DNA from: Candidatus Kuenenia stuttgartensis
Lineage (GTDB): Bacteria > Planctomycetota > Brocadiia > Brocadiales > Brocadiaceae
Reading direction: 5' to 3'
DNA: 32,000 bases
NCBI RefSeq assembly: GCF_900232105.1
Contig: NZ_LT934425.1
Location: forward strand, 2,040,001-2,072,000
Shown one piece after another: positions 15,404 through 23,520 of this stretch. Numbering within the stretch: the stretch's first letter is position 1; the number at the start of each line of letters is the position of its first letter. Below the pieces are notes generated by a model, which saw only the letters and a program-made list of their open reading frames with translations, was not told where the DNA came from and did no database searches. The position numbers were made by a program, and so were the translations under genes.

Positions 15404-16801
15404 CTAATTTGCCGGAGCATCTAATCCTAATGACACCACCCTTTCTTTTGGGGACTTCATCCGTCTGAAATAATCCTTCGCAAGAGAAGCAACTACAGGG
15501 GAAAGCACCGTAAGCGCTATAAGATTTGGCGCTGCCATAAGGCCGTTCATAGAATCACAGAAATTGATAATGGGGTCTATTTTCACAGTGGCGCCAAGGA
15601 GGATGAATCCAAGGTAGCTTATGCGGTACAGATGAACGGCCTTCTTTCCAAAAAGGTAGTCTGCTGCACGGTCGCCATAATACGACCACGAAATCAGGGT
15701 GGAAAACGCAAAGAATATGATGCTTGCGGCGACAAACTTCGCGCCTATATTGTTGCCAATGCCCATCGAAAACGCCATGCCGGTTAATTCACCTTTTACA
15801 TGACATACCTCATGGGCGCCTGTTACAATGATAACGAGTGCCGTCATGGAACAAATACAAATAGTATCAATAAACGGGCCAAGCATGGCGACAAGCCCCT
15901 CCCGGATAGGTTCCTTTGTCCTTGCCGCCCCGTGCGCAATCGCGGCGGAACCAAGTCCCGCTTCGTTAGAAAAAAGCCCCCTGGAAACTCCGGAGCGAAT
16001 CACACTTCCAAGTATACCTCCCGCTATCGACTCAGGGGCGTGGAAGGCATAATAAAATATCGTATACAATCCGGAGGGAACTGCTGAATAATGTATGCCT
16101 AAAATAATAATCCCGCCGATAACGTAAAAGATACACATAAATGGAACAATCTTTGAGGCCACACGTCCCACACTTTTAATACCGCCGATAATTACAAGAC
16201 CCACCAGTATCGCAATAATAAACCCCACAATGATATTAAACAATAGGTTTGGCTCGCTGCTGCCACGAATAAGTTCGTTCAGGCTTACCACAACATTATT
16301 GATCTGAAACATATTTCCGCTGCCAAAACTTGCCATAATCGCAAAGAAGGCAAATAACACCGCAAGCCATTTGAATTTTGCTCCCATGCCAATCTCAATA
16401 AAATGCATGGGTCCCCCATGCGCCTCTCCGTTTTCATCAATACGCCTGAAATGCACGGCAAGCGAACAGGAGGTAAACTTTGTCGCCATGCCGACAAGTG
16501 CGGTAATCCACATCCAGAATACGGCGCCAGGCCCTCCCATCAATATTGCTGCAGCTACTCCGACAATGTTCCCGGTGCCAATGGTCGCGGAAAGGGCTGT
16601 GGCAAGCGCCTGAAAGTGGGTAATTTCCCCCGGATCCCGCACATCATCATAGTTACCCTGAAGCACTTTTATTCCGTGAGTGAACCCCCTGAGCTGAACA
16701 AACAATAACCGAAACGTTAAATACAGTCCTGTCCCCACTAGGAGCGCCATAAGAGGTAAGCCCCATACATAACCGTTAAACGTCTCAAGGCATTTTCCCA
16801 T
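15404..16801 (-). CDS. Alanine/glycine:cation symporter (AGCS family, sodium:alanine symporter-like)
   Basis: Multi-TM protein with the family signature GGPGAVFWMWITALVGMATKF and the GNIVGVA motif. GAGGAG Shine-Dalgarno upstream of the ATG. Confidence 0.85.
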   Translation of the reverse strand: MGKCLETFNGYVWGLPLMALLVGTGLYLTFRLLFVQLRGFTHGIKVLQGNYDDVRDPGEITHFQALATALSATIGTGNIVGVAAAILMGGPGAVFWMWITALVGMATKFTSCSLAVHFRRIDENGEAHGGPMHFIEIGMGAKFKWLAVLFAFFAIMASFGSGNMFQINNVVVSLNELIRGSSEPNLLFNIIVGFIIAILVGLVIIGGIKSVGRVASKIVPFMCIFYVIGGIIILGIHYSAVPSGLYTIFYYAFHAPESIAGGILGSVIRSGVSRGLFSNEAGLGSAAIAHGAARTKEPIREGLVAMLGPFIDTICICSMTALVIIVTGAHEVCHVKGELTGMAFSMGIGNNIGAKFVAASIIFFAFSTLISWSYYGDRAADYLFGKKAVHLYRISYLGFILLGATVKIDPIINFCDSMNGLMAAPNLIALTVLSPVVASLAKDYFRRMKSPKERVVSLGLDAPAN

Positions 16802-16812
16802 TGTTCACTCCT

Positions 16813-17004
16813 CATCCTAAGCTGGCATAGCCAGCACCAAAATAAGCAAAAAATATGAAATACGAAACAAATTCCAAAATCCTTCCCCCTTATCGCCTCC
16901 AAAGGGAGACAATGTCCCACGCTGGCTGGGGTGCAGAGGGTGGATTCGTATTTTCGGATTTCACCATTAAAAATTTTGCAAAAAAATGCAAAGAAATTAC
17001 TGAA
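16813..17004. repeat. Copy of the mosaic intergenic repeat abutting the symporter ribosome-binding site; contains the palindrome GCTGGC-ATA-GCCAGC (16821-16835)
   Basis: Both ends match the repeats at 23116-23370 and 25562-26090 (..CTGGCATAGCCAG.. end and ..TGCAAAGAAATTACTGA end). The interior differs. Confidence 0.7.
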
Positions 17005-17014
17005 GCACAGGGTT

Positions 17015-17070
17015 AGCGCGTGTACAACATTTTACGTCCTTATCTTCTATGCAGGCAAATGCTTCGCCCC
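17015..17070. repeat. Half copy (right arm plus interior) of the 7398-7508 palindromic element
   Basis: AGCGCGTGTAC..TCCTTATCTTCTATGCAGGCAAATGCTTCGCCCC matches 7453-7506. No left arm is present. Confidence 0.75.
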
Positions 17071-17304
17071 CCCCTGCCTGGATGTTTTCATTGTGTTTTT
17101 AAAAGGAATATGGTAAAAGTCCCTAATTATTAGTTATTTTATTATAATTTGCAAAAATAACTAAAAAAAATTTGCGTATGCGTATGAATCGGGTCAATGC
17201 CTCATCCCCTGAAACCAGGCTGACTATAAATAATTTCTGTTTACGCGTTCGTTTTTATAAAAGCAATGCGTAATCGCCTCAACCCTTTCTAAACACAATA
17301 AACC

Positions 17305-18189
17305 ATGAAGATAGAATGGATTAAACGTATAACTCCTTGCCTGCCAATAATTTTTATTTTTGGTTGCAGTGCTTTGCAAAAACAAAGCATTTATGATGAA
17401 ACGCGGTCACAGATGCTGGAAAAAAGAATGAATGATTTGTCCAAATCCGTCACCATTCTCGTTAAAGATGTAAACATGATACATAATGAAATAGAGATAC
17501 TCGCAAACAGCCAGGATGCTCTTATGCAAAAAATTAGCTCCGTGGAAGAGGGAGTTGCTTGCCTCAGCAAGAGCTTTCCAGACTCTTCAGACACAAGTGT
17601 CGGCGGTTCAGAACATAATCAAATTTCCGGAGGACGAAAGGAAGCAGATGTTAGTTACAATGATAACGCAGGGCACAGGCGCACATCTGCCCCTGACGGG
17701 AGTATCCATGACGAAACAATTCATGCCGTTGTCAGAAACATTGCCGCGGGTTTCTGGGACGCATTGTTAGAAAATAACCTTGACACCGCAAAGACTTTTG
17801 CAACCATGGCAAGCGGGAAAAATTTGACCATCAACAAAAATATAGATGACAGTAGCAACCATGTAACTTTTGGAGATATCGTTGCTGACAATGATAAGGC
17901 AACAATAGAAACCATGTTGAATACACAAAAGGATGGATCCCAAATAAGTATTCCACTGCAAACAATCCTTGTTAAAGAAAAAAATCAATGGAAAGTGGAT
18001 GCCGATCTTACCATGATGTCTGTTTTTGGAGGCGCTATGGGAGAAGTCATAGAAGGCATTGGAGAGGCAGTGAAAAATAGCGGTGAAGGTATGGGCAGGT
18101 CTCTTGCTGAAGGCATGTCAAAAGAATTAGAAGATATGGCAAACGGCAAAGAAAATATGGGGCAACAGGGCGCAACGCCGGCACCTTAG
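17305..18189 (+). CDS. Putative lipoprotein, function unknown (C-terminal half looks like a small NTF2/DUF4878-like domain)
   Basis: Signal sequence with lipobox-like IFGC at residues 18-21. No catalytic motif recognised. Confidence 0.6.
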   Translation: MKIEWIKRITPCLPIIFIFGCSALQKQSIYDETRSQMLEKRMNDLSKSVTILVKDVNMIHNEIEILANSQDALMQKISSVEEGVACLSKSFPDSSDTSVGGSEHNQISGGRKEADVSYNDNAGHRRTSAPDGSIHDETIHAVVRNIAAGFWDALLENNLDTAKTFATMASGKNLTINKNIDDSSNHVTFGDIVADNDKATIETMLNTQKDGSQISIPLQTILVKEKNQWKVDADLTMMSVFGGAMGEVIEGIGEAVKNSGEGMGRSLAEGMSKELEDMANGKENMGQQGATPAP

Positions 18190-18277
18190 TCGGCAACAAC
18201 AGTCGGCAAATTGCAGATTGAGGATTGCAGACTGAAAACTGTTCTCATGCCTGCTTCTGGCGTGCCATCTTATAGGG

Positions 18278-18365
18278 GTAAGAGGCATTTGCCGGGAATA
18301 GTGTCGCGGGTTGCAGTATTTTACGAGGTTCCCTTGTCCATACCGGCAAATGCATTGTCCCTTAC
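18278..18365. repeat. Diverged member of the GGCAAATGC palindrome family
   Basis: Arms GTAAGAGGCATTTGCCGG (18278-18295) and CCGGCAAATGCATTGTCCCTTAC (18343-18365) are imperfect reverse complements. Confidence 0.6.
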
Positions 18366-18467
18366 ACAGGTCTGTAAAACTTTGTTCTTATGGAGATATT
18401 TCAAAAAACGAAGTGGGTGTCACAATCCCGCTCTCCGTATTTCTTTTGCCTTTACAACCAGCCTACA

Positions 18468-19127
18468 TTACATCCATGGCGCGAAATAATCAATATGATA
18501 CACATCAATTATCAACCAAAACAGCTTTGTCCATGCGGTAGTAAATTTCTGTAGTTTTTCCGGTTCACTTTTATATGCCTCTGCCAAAAGGTTAAACAAG
18601 TATTGATGAATGTACCCCCAGAGTGCCAGGTTTAGTCTCATGGGTATGTACAAATCCTCATTTCCAAAGATCGGAACATGCACTGCGCCAACCCATCTCA
18701 CATAATTCCAGAATTCCTCATCCCACTTGCATTCAACGATTTTCAGGATAAATATTTTTTGTCTTGCCCTTCGCACCTTTACGTATTCATCAGAGATATT
18801 CCCTGTTTCATCCATAAACCATCTTGACAACCATGGGTCATTAACCAGTTTTTCCCAATAGATATGATCAAGGATTTTCTCCAGATTTGGCGCAACAAAT
18901 TCCTCTACCGATTGCTTAATCGCCGCAGTATCCTTGTCATTGAAATCCAGGCATTTCGACATATATTCAAATCGCTTCATTATATCCATACTCGTATCCC
19001 TGTAAATATTCCATGCATTATTAAATGCCGGCACATCCAGGATACGGGATGATTTGCCTGTCGATCTTTTATTTTTTGCTTCCATTGGAAAAGTCTTCAT
19101 CCACGCTTCTGCCATTGCTGTTGCCAT
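18468..19127 (-). CDS. Stand-alone protoglobin-like (globin-coupled-sensor-type globin domain) protein
   Basis: Pattern LDFNDKDTAAIK..(helix)..LEKILDHIY..., RRARQKIFILKIV...WDEEFWNYVRWVGAVHVP...YIPMRLNLALWGYI resembles the protoglobin family, with a candidate proximal His in VGAVH. Recognised by eye only. Confidence 0.5.
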   Translation of the reverse strand: MATAMAEAWMKTFPMEAKNKRSTGKSSRILDVPAFNNAWNIYRDTSMDIMKRFEYMSKCLDFNDKDTAAIKQSVEEFVAPNLEKILDHIYWEKLVNDPWLSRWFMDETGNISDEYVKVRRARQKIFILKIVECKWDEEFWNYVRWVGAVHVPIFGNEDLYIPMRLNLALWGYIHQYLFNLLAEAYKSEPEKLQKFTTAWTKLFWLIIDVYHIDYFAPWM

Positions 19128-19440
19128 TACGTTACGCTCCTTACAACTAAGTTAAAAAAGTAAATAGTCCAAATAATCTCAAATAACAAAATAACCTTTC
19201 CACTGAATCTCTTCCCACTGCACCTCCTGATTAGTCTAAAATGTAATATAAATACGATATCTGCGTTTTGTAATAAGCAATCATCGTGCCTAAAAAAATC
19301 CATATTTTTGCCGATTTCTTAACTTAATAGCTACAAAAGATTTACGGATGTAATCCTCTTATGGCAGGCATAGTTGATTATTTAAAACACCTAGGGGAAA
19401 AACAAAAGAATCGAAATTTTTTCGGAGAATGCATTCCGGG

Positions 19441-19467
19441 ATAAAAAAACAGCGAAATAATTTCGCT
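19441..19467 (-). terminator. Possible intrinsic terminator on the minus strand (AGCGAAA-TTA-TTTCGCT followed by GTTTTTTTAT)
   Basis: 7-bp stem at 19451-19467 with a T-run (A-run on + at 19441-19449). Lies just downstream of the 60-aa minus-strand ORF 19480..19662. Confidence 0.3.
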
Positions 19468-19812
19468 ACTCCTGCCTTCTTAATTGGTGCTGTTTTCATA
19501 GGGTACTTTTTCGGTTTTTTGAAAAAAGGCAATTAGTGAATATTTGTAACAATTTAGTTTTTTGAAAAAGGCATGAGATTTTGATGTTTTTATGAAAACG
19601 CATGAATAAACTTTTGATACGTGCTGGATTTTGTTAACATTTAAAGCAATTGAAAAAGGCATTTTGCTTTACCAGCGGTTCTTATATCAAAATAACGACC
19701 CACAGAAAGGTTGCATGGCGTTTTCCTGCAAAGGTATCATAAAAAGCATGGAAACATTCTTTCTCCGTTTTTTTAGGAGAGTAAATAGAAAACGGAAACG
19801 GGAAATAATAGG

Positions 19813-20286
19813 GTGCTTGAAACGGTATATATTGCTTTAGGTGCGAATTTGGGCAATAGGGAGAGAAATTTAAGGAACGCTTATGAGTATATGAGTGCGT
19901 CTGAAGATATTCACACCTTAAAAATTTCGCGCTTTTATGAAACAGCCCCTCTTGGGGGACCTCTACAGCCGATGTTTTTAAATGCGGCTCTTGAATTGCA
20001 AACATCACTAACACCCCACCAATTGCTGGAAAAACTTCAGCATATAGAATTGCGTATGGGCAGGATACGTAAGGAAAAATGGGGACCTAGAACCATAGAT
20101 ATCGACATCTTGCTTTTTGGCGACAGAATTGTGGAAGATGATCAACTAAAAATTCCTCATCCCTTGATGCATGAAAGAATATTTGTGCTGGAACCTCTCG
20201 TTGAAATAGCGCCAGATATGGTACATCCCGTTTTAAAAAAAACAATACTTCAGATATATCAGGAGTTTAAAACTTTTAACCAATAA
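19813..20286 (+). CDS. folK: 2-amino-4-hydroxy-6-hydroxymethyldihydropteridine diphosphokinase
   Basis: N-terminus VYIALGANLGNRERNL, GPRTIDIDILLFG, KIPHPLMHERIFVLEPL. GTG start. Confidence 0.9.
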   Translation: MLETVYIALGANLGNRERNLRNAYEYMSASEDIHTLKISRFYETAPLGGPLQPMFLNAALELQTSLTPHQLLEKLQHIELRMGRIRKEKWGPRTIDIDILLFGDRIVEDDQLKIPHPLMHERIFVLEPLVEIAPDMVHPVLKKTILQIYQEFKTFNQ

Positions 20287-20289
20287 GGT

Positions 20290-21375
20290 TTGCGAAATTA
20301 CATGTTTTCAAGGCTGGACAGATACCTGTTAAAAGCGTTTTTCCCAACATTTTTTTTGTGTCTCCTCATTATTTCAGGCACATATGTTATTATTGACCTT
20401 CTTCAAAAGCTGGATGATTTTTTGGAGATGGGAATAAATTCATTTGGCGTTGCATCGCGTTATTATGCCTACCTCTTTCCGGTGATAATCACGCAATTTT
20501 TTCCTGCCATTACTTTAGTTGCGGTGGGCATTGTACTGGTCAGACTATCCAGAAACAAGGAAATACTGGCGATGCAGGTTGCGGGAATTTCACTATACCG
20601 AATATTGCTGCCCATATTTGTCGTGACGGTGTTTATGGGGTTTGCGTCGTTTGGCGATCAGGAATGGATTGTTCCCCGGTTTGCTGAAAAATTGGAGGCT
20701 ATGCAGCAAAATACCTTTGATAGCGACGTTCAACGGAACCTGCTTGTGCATGATGATGAAAACAATGCATTAATCAGAATATGGAAATATAGTAATAAAA
20801 CGCAAAAAATGGATTCTGTGTTTATCCTTTCGCGGGATGAAAATGGAAAGAAAAGATTCACCCTTAATGCAAAGAAAGCGGAATGGATTGGAAATAACAC
20901 GTGGGTATTAAGCAAGATATTAAAACATGTTTATGACGAACGGGGGAGATGGGTGGCTCCGGTTCATCGGTTGGATACGCTTGAGTTCGTATCCTCCGTA
21001 ACTCCATTAGAACTTGGAAAGAAAAAATTAGATTCCAGTTTGTTAAGCCTTGAACAGTTAAATGAATTATGCGAAAAGGAACCCGATAATCCGAAGAATA
21101 AGGTATTGTTTCATTCAAGAATTGCCTATACGCTTACGCATATTGTGTTGCTTTTTTTGGGAATACCTCTTGTTGTTGGGTTTGAAAGAATGAGTAAAAA
21201 CATTTTTTTGCGCGTAAGTTTGTGTATCCTTGCCTGTGGGGTGTTTTATGCGGTGTCTTTTATTTGTTCCAATCTTGGCAATACGGGAATGGTTCACCCC
21301 GTATTGGCGGCATGGATGCCCATTGTACTTTTTGGGTCTGTGGGAATATTCTTTTTTGATATGATGAATGCTTAA
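20290..21375 (+). CDS. LptF/LptG-family (YjgP/YjgQ) lipopolysaccharide export permease
   Basis: FSRLDRYLLKAFFPTFFLCL N-terminus, three N-terminal TM helices, a periplasmic beta-jellyroll-sized middle region and three C-terminal TM helices. The ATG at 20302 (MFSRLDRY) is a likelier start than the TTG at 20290. Confidence 0.8.
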   Translation: MRNYMFSRLDRYLLKAFFPTFFLCLLIISGTYVIIDLLQKLDDFLEMGINSFGVASRYYAYLFPVIITQFFPAITLVAVGIVLVRLSRNKEILAMQVAGISLYRILLPIFVVTVFMGFASFGDQEWIVPRFAEKLEAMQQNTFDSDVQRNLLVHDDENNALIRIWKYSNKTQKMDSVFILSRDENGKKRFTLNAKKAEWIGNNTWVLSKILKHVYDERGRWVAPVHRLDTLEFVSSVTPLELGKKKLDSSLLSLEQLNELCEKEPDNPKNKVLFHSRIAYTLTHIVLLFLGIPLVVGFERMSKNIFLRVSLCILACGVFYAVSFICSNLGNTGMVHPVLAAWMPIVLFGSVGIFFFDMMNA

Positions 21376-22117
21376 TGCGATTAATAATTATGTACAGGCA
21401 TTATTAGACGTATTCTATCCGCGGATTTGCCTCTATTGCAATAGGAATATAAATTACCATTGCGAGCAGTATATTTGCGGTACATGCAGGAAAAATATTC
21501 CATTTGTAAATGAGAGACATTGTATTCGGTGTGGGAGTGTTTTAGGGCAGTATTCCGTCGCGTCTGAGGTAAAAGGCTGTGCTTTTTGCCGGTCAGAGCA
21601 TCTTTACCATGATTCATTAACGGCAATTGCATATTATGATGGTGCGATTAAAGCTTTAATACATAAATATAAATATGAAAGACAGCGTTTCTTATATAAG
21701 GCAATAGGGGACTTTCTGCGGAAAAACAAAAAACTTGGGGAACTTATGCGGGAAATAGATATTATTGTACCGGTACCCCTTTATTGGCGAAAGAAATTGC
21801 AGAGAGGCTTCAATCAATCAGAGCTTATAGCGCGTGAAATTCATCGGGCTTTTTTAACGCCTTTCTCCGTAAATAACCTTATCAGAATCAAAAACACTAC
21901 TTCACAAACAAGATTATCTAAAAGCAAAAGATATTCAAATGTCCAAAAGGCGTTTTTTATTAAAAACCCGGCAATAATGAAGGGAAAAAGGGTATTATTG
22001 GTGGACGATGTTCTCACTACTGGCTTAACCATGCGTGAGTGCGCAAAAAAACTGAAAAAAACAGGGGCCAAATCCATACATTTGTTTGTTTTTGCAATTG
22101 CAGAGTATAAGAATTAG
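21368..22117 (+). CDS. comF: ComF-family protein (phosphoribosyltransferase domain with N-terminal Cys-rich zinc finger)
   Basis: N-terminal C-x2-C...C-x2-C...C-x2-C pattern. PRTase motif VLLVDDVLTTGLTMREC. Overlaps the preceding gene by 8 nt. Confidence 0.8.
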   Translation: MLNAINNYVQALLDVFYPRICLYCNRNINYHCEQYICGTCRKNIPFVNERHCIRCGSVLGQYSVASEVKGCAFCRSEHLYHDSLTAIAYYDGAIKALIHKYKYERQRFLYKAIGDFLRKNKKLGELMREIDIIVPVPLYWRKKLQRGFNQSELIAREIHRAFLTPFSVNNLIRIKNTTSQTRLSKSKRYSNVQKAFFIKNPAIMKGKRVLLVDDVLTTGLTMRECAKKLKKTGAKSIHLFVFAIAEYKN

Positions 22118-22212
22118 GTATTCTGCTTTAATTTCCTTGACGGAAAGTCTTATATCAGTAAAATGTAAAGGTTTTAAGTGAATATTTTTTATTTAAAGAA
22201 AGGAATTGTGCT

Positions 22213-22572
22213 TTGGATAATATAACAATAGTTGCCAGACATTTGGATATTACGGAAGCAATAAGAAATTATGCCTTGCAAAAAGCTGAAAAAATAAAAA
22301 AATTTTTCGAATGGATTTTGCATGTACAGGTAACGCTTGACATAGGGGGGGATAGCAGCCATCTTGTCGAAATGGTTGTCAATGTTTCAAGAGGACCCAC
22401 GATTGTGGCAGAGGCGTCAAATACAGACATGTATCGTTCTATAGATATTGTTGTGGATAAAGTAGTTGCGCAATTGAAAAAACACAAGGGGAAAATAGAA
22501 TCTAAAATTGTTCGTCAAAAGAAGCATTCTATTGGAGAAGTCGCAGAATCTGAAGGCAAACAAGAGGTATAG
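22213..22572 (+). CDS. hpf: Ribosome hibernation-promoting factor / RaiA family (short form)
   Basis: ITIVARHLDITEAIRNYALQKAEKIKKFF and DMYRSIDIVVDKVVAQLKKHKGK fit the S30AE/HPF pattern. TTG start. Sits in the classic hpf-ptsN context. Confidence 0.85.
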   Translation: MDNITIVARHLDITEAIRNYALQKAEKIKKFFEWILHVQVTLDIGGDSSHLVEMVVNVSRGPTIVAEASNTDMYRSIDIVVDKVVAQLKKHKGKIESKIVRQKKHSIGEVAESEGKQEV

Positions 22573-22608
22573 AGGTATAAAAGAATACTTATTGGGGGTG
22601 CAAGGGTA

Positions 22609-23079
22609 ATGAAATTAACTGATTTTATTGTATCTGAGGCGATTATAACAGAAATACAGTCCGTTGAAAAAGAAGCAGTCATCAGGGAGATGGTATGTGC
22701 TCTTCGTGATGCGAAAAAAATCGATGCAAAAGATGTTGGAAGGATTATTGAAGCCCTTATGAAAAGGGAAGAATTAGGAAGTACGGGCATAGGCAAGGGA
22801 GTGGCCGTACCCCACACAAAGCATGAAAGTATAAAAAATGTTATAGGTTCTGTGGCCCGTTCTGCAAAAGGGGTCGATTTTAATGCATTGGACGGCGAAC
22901 CAGTATTCCTGTTTTTTTTGCTGCTTTCCCCCACCGATTCCACCGGGTCACATCTCGCCGCTTTAGAGAAAATATCTACCGCAATCAGAGATGATGATTT
23001 CCGTCGCTTTATGCGTGAAGCAAAAGGCATTGAAGGGATGGTAGATACACTGAAGGAAGTAGACGGTATTCAGGTGTAA
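22609..23079 (+). CDS. ptsN: PTS EIIA(Ntr)-type nitrogen regulatory protein
   Basis: EIIA-2 fold pattern with the phosphorylatable His in GIGKGVAVPHTK. Follows hpf. Confidence 0.85.
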   Translation: MKLTDFIVSEAIITEIQSVEKEAVIREMVCALRDAKKIDAKDVGRIIEALMKREELGSTGIGKGVAVPHTKHESIKNVIGSVARSAKGVDFNALDGEPVFLFFLLLSPTDSTGSHLAALEKISTAIRDDDFRRFMREAKGIEGMVDTLKEVDGIQV

Positions 23080-23115
23080 TACTCAGCAGGGTGCTTTTAT
23101 TCCTCAATACCCACG

Positions 23116-23370
23116 CTGGCATAACCGGAACCAAACAAGTACTAAATAAAAAATACGAGGCACGAGGCACGAAGCACGAAACAAATTCCAAAATACAAAA
23201 TCCCAATGAACAAAACCGTAACACTTTAGTTTTTTGAAAAACCGGGTTTTTAAATAGTTGAAATTTAGAATTTGTTTAGAATTTCGTATTTAGCTTTCGG
23301 GTTTCACCATTAAACATTTTGCCAAAAAGCACGCACTGACGAATGGAAGTGTGCAAAGAAATTACTGATA
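23116..23370. repeat. Left copy (L) of a ~255-bp mosaic repeat, inverted relative to 25562-26090
   Basis: The reverse complement of 23116-23370 aligns end to end with 25562-26090 once the MITE at 25675-25932 is removed. It has 3 rather than 4 copies of a 7-nt unit (CGTGCTT-like, about 23155-23177). Confidence 0.85.
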
Positions 23371-23520
23371 AGCTATTATGGCGAACGGCTGTCGGACTAA
23401 TTTTTTGCATGGCGACGGACAAGCTATCGCAAGAGTGAAAGAGCATTATTCTCCTGTTTTTCAAGCATTACCATTTATTTAGATACAGTATTTTATTGTA
23501 GTTTTGTAGAGAAGCGTATA

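Noticed and set aside
16802-16990. Glycine riboswitch upstream of the AGCS symporter
   Set aside because: AGCS genes are often glycine-riboswitch controlled, and the leader contains GGAGGCGATAAGGGGGAAGG. However, the tandem aptamer consensus (GGAGAG...CACCGAAGGGGCAA...CTCAGGCAAAAGGAC) is not recognisable, and the whole segment is a copy of a dispersed repeat.
18211-18541. ORFs 18211..18489 and 18311..18541 (+)
   Set aside because: They span a diverged palindromic repeat and the 3' end of the convergent protoglobin-like gene, with no RBS or motif.
23410-23424. Sigma-54-type promoter TGGCGA-N5-AAGCT upstream of the HPr-EI gene
   Set aside because: The GG and GC are correctly spaced, but the -12 element is AAGC rather than TTGC and the -24 element deviates. 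That is too weak to call without an activator site or experimental data.
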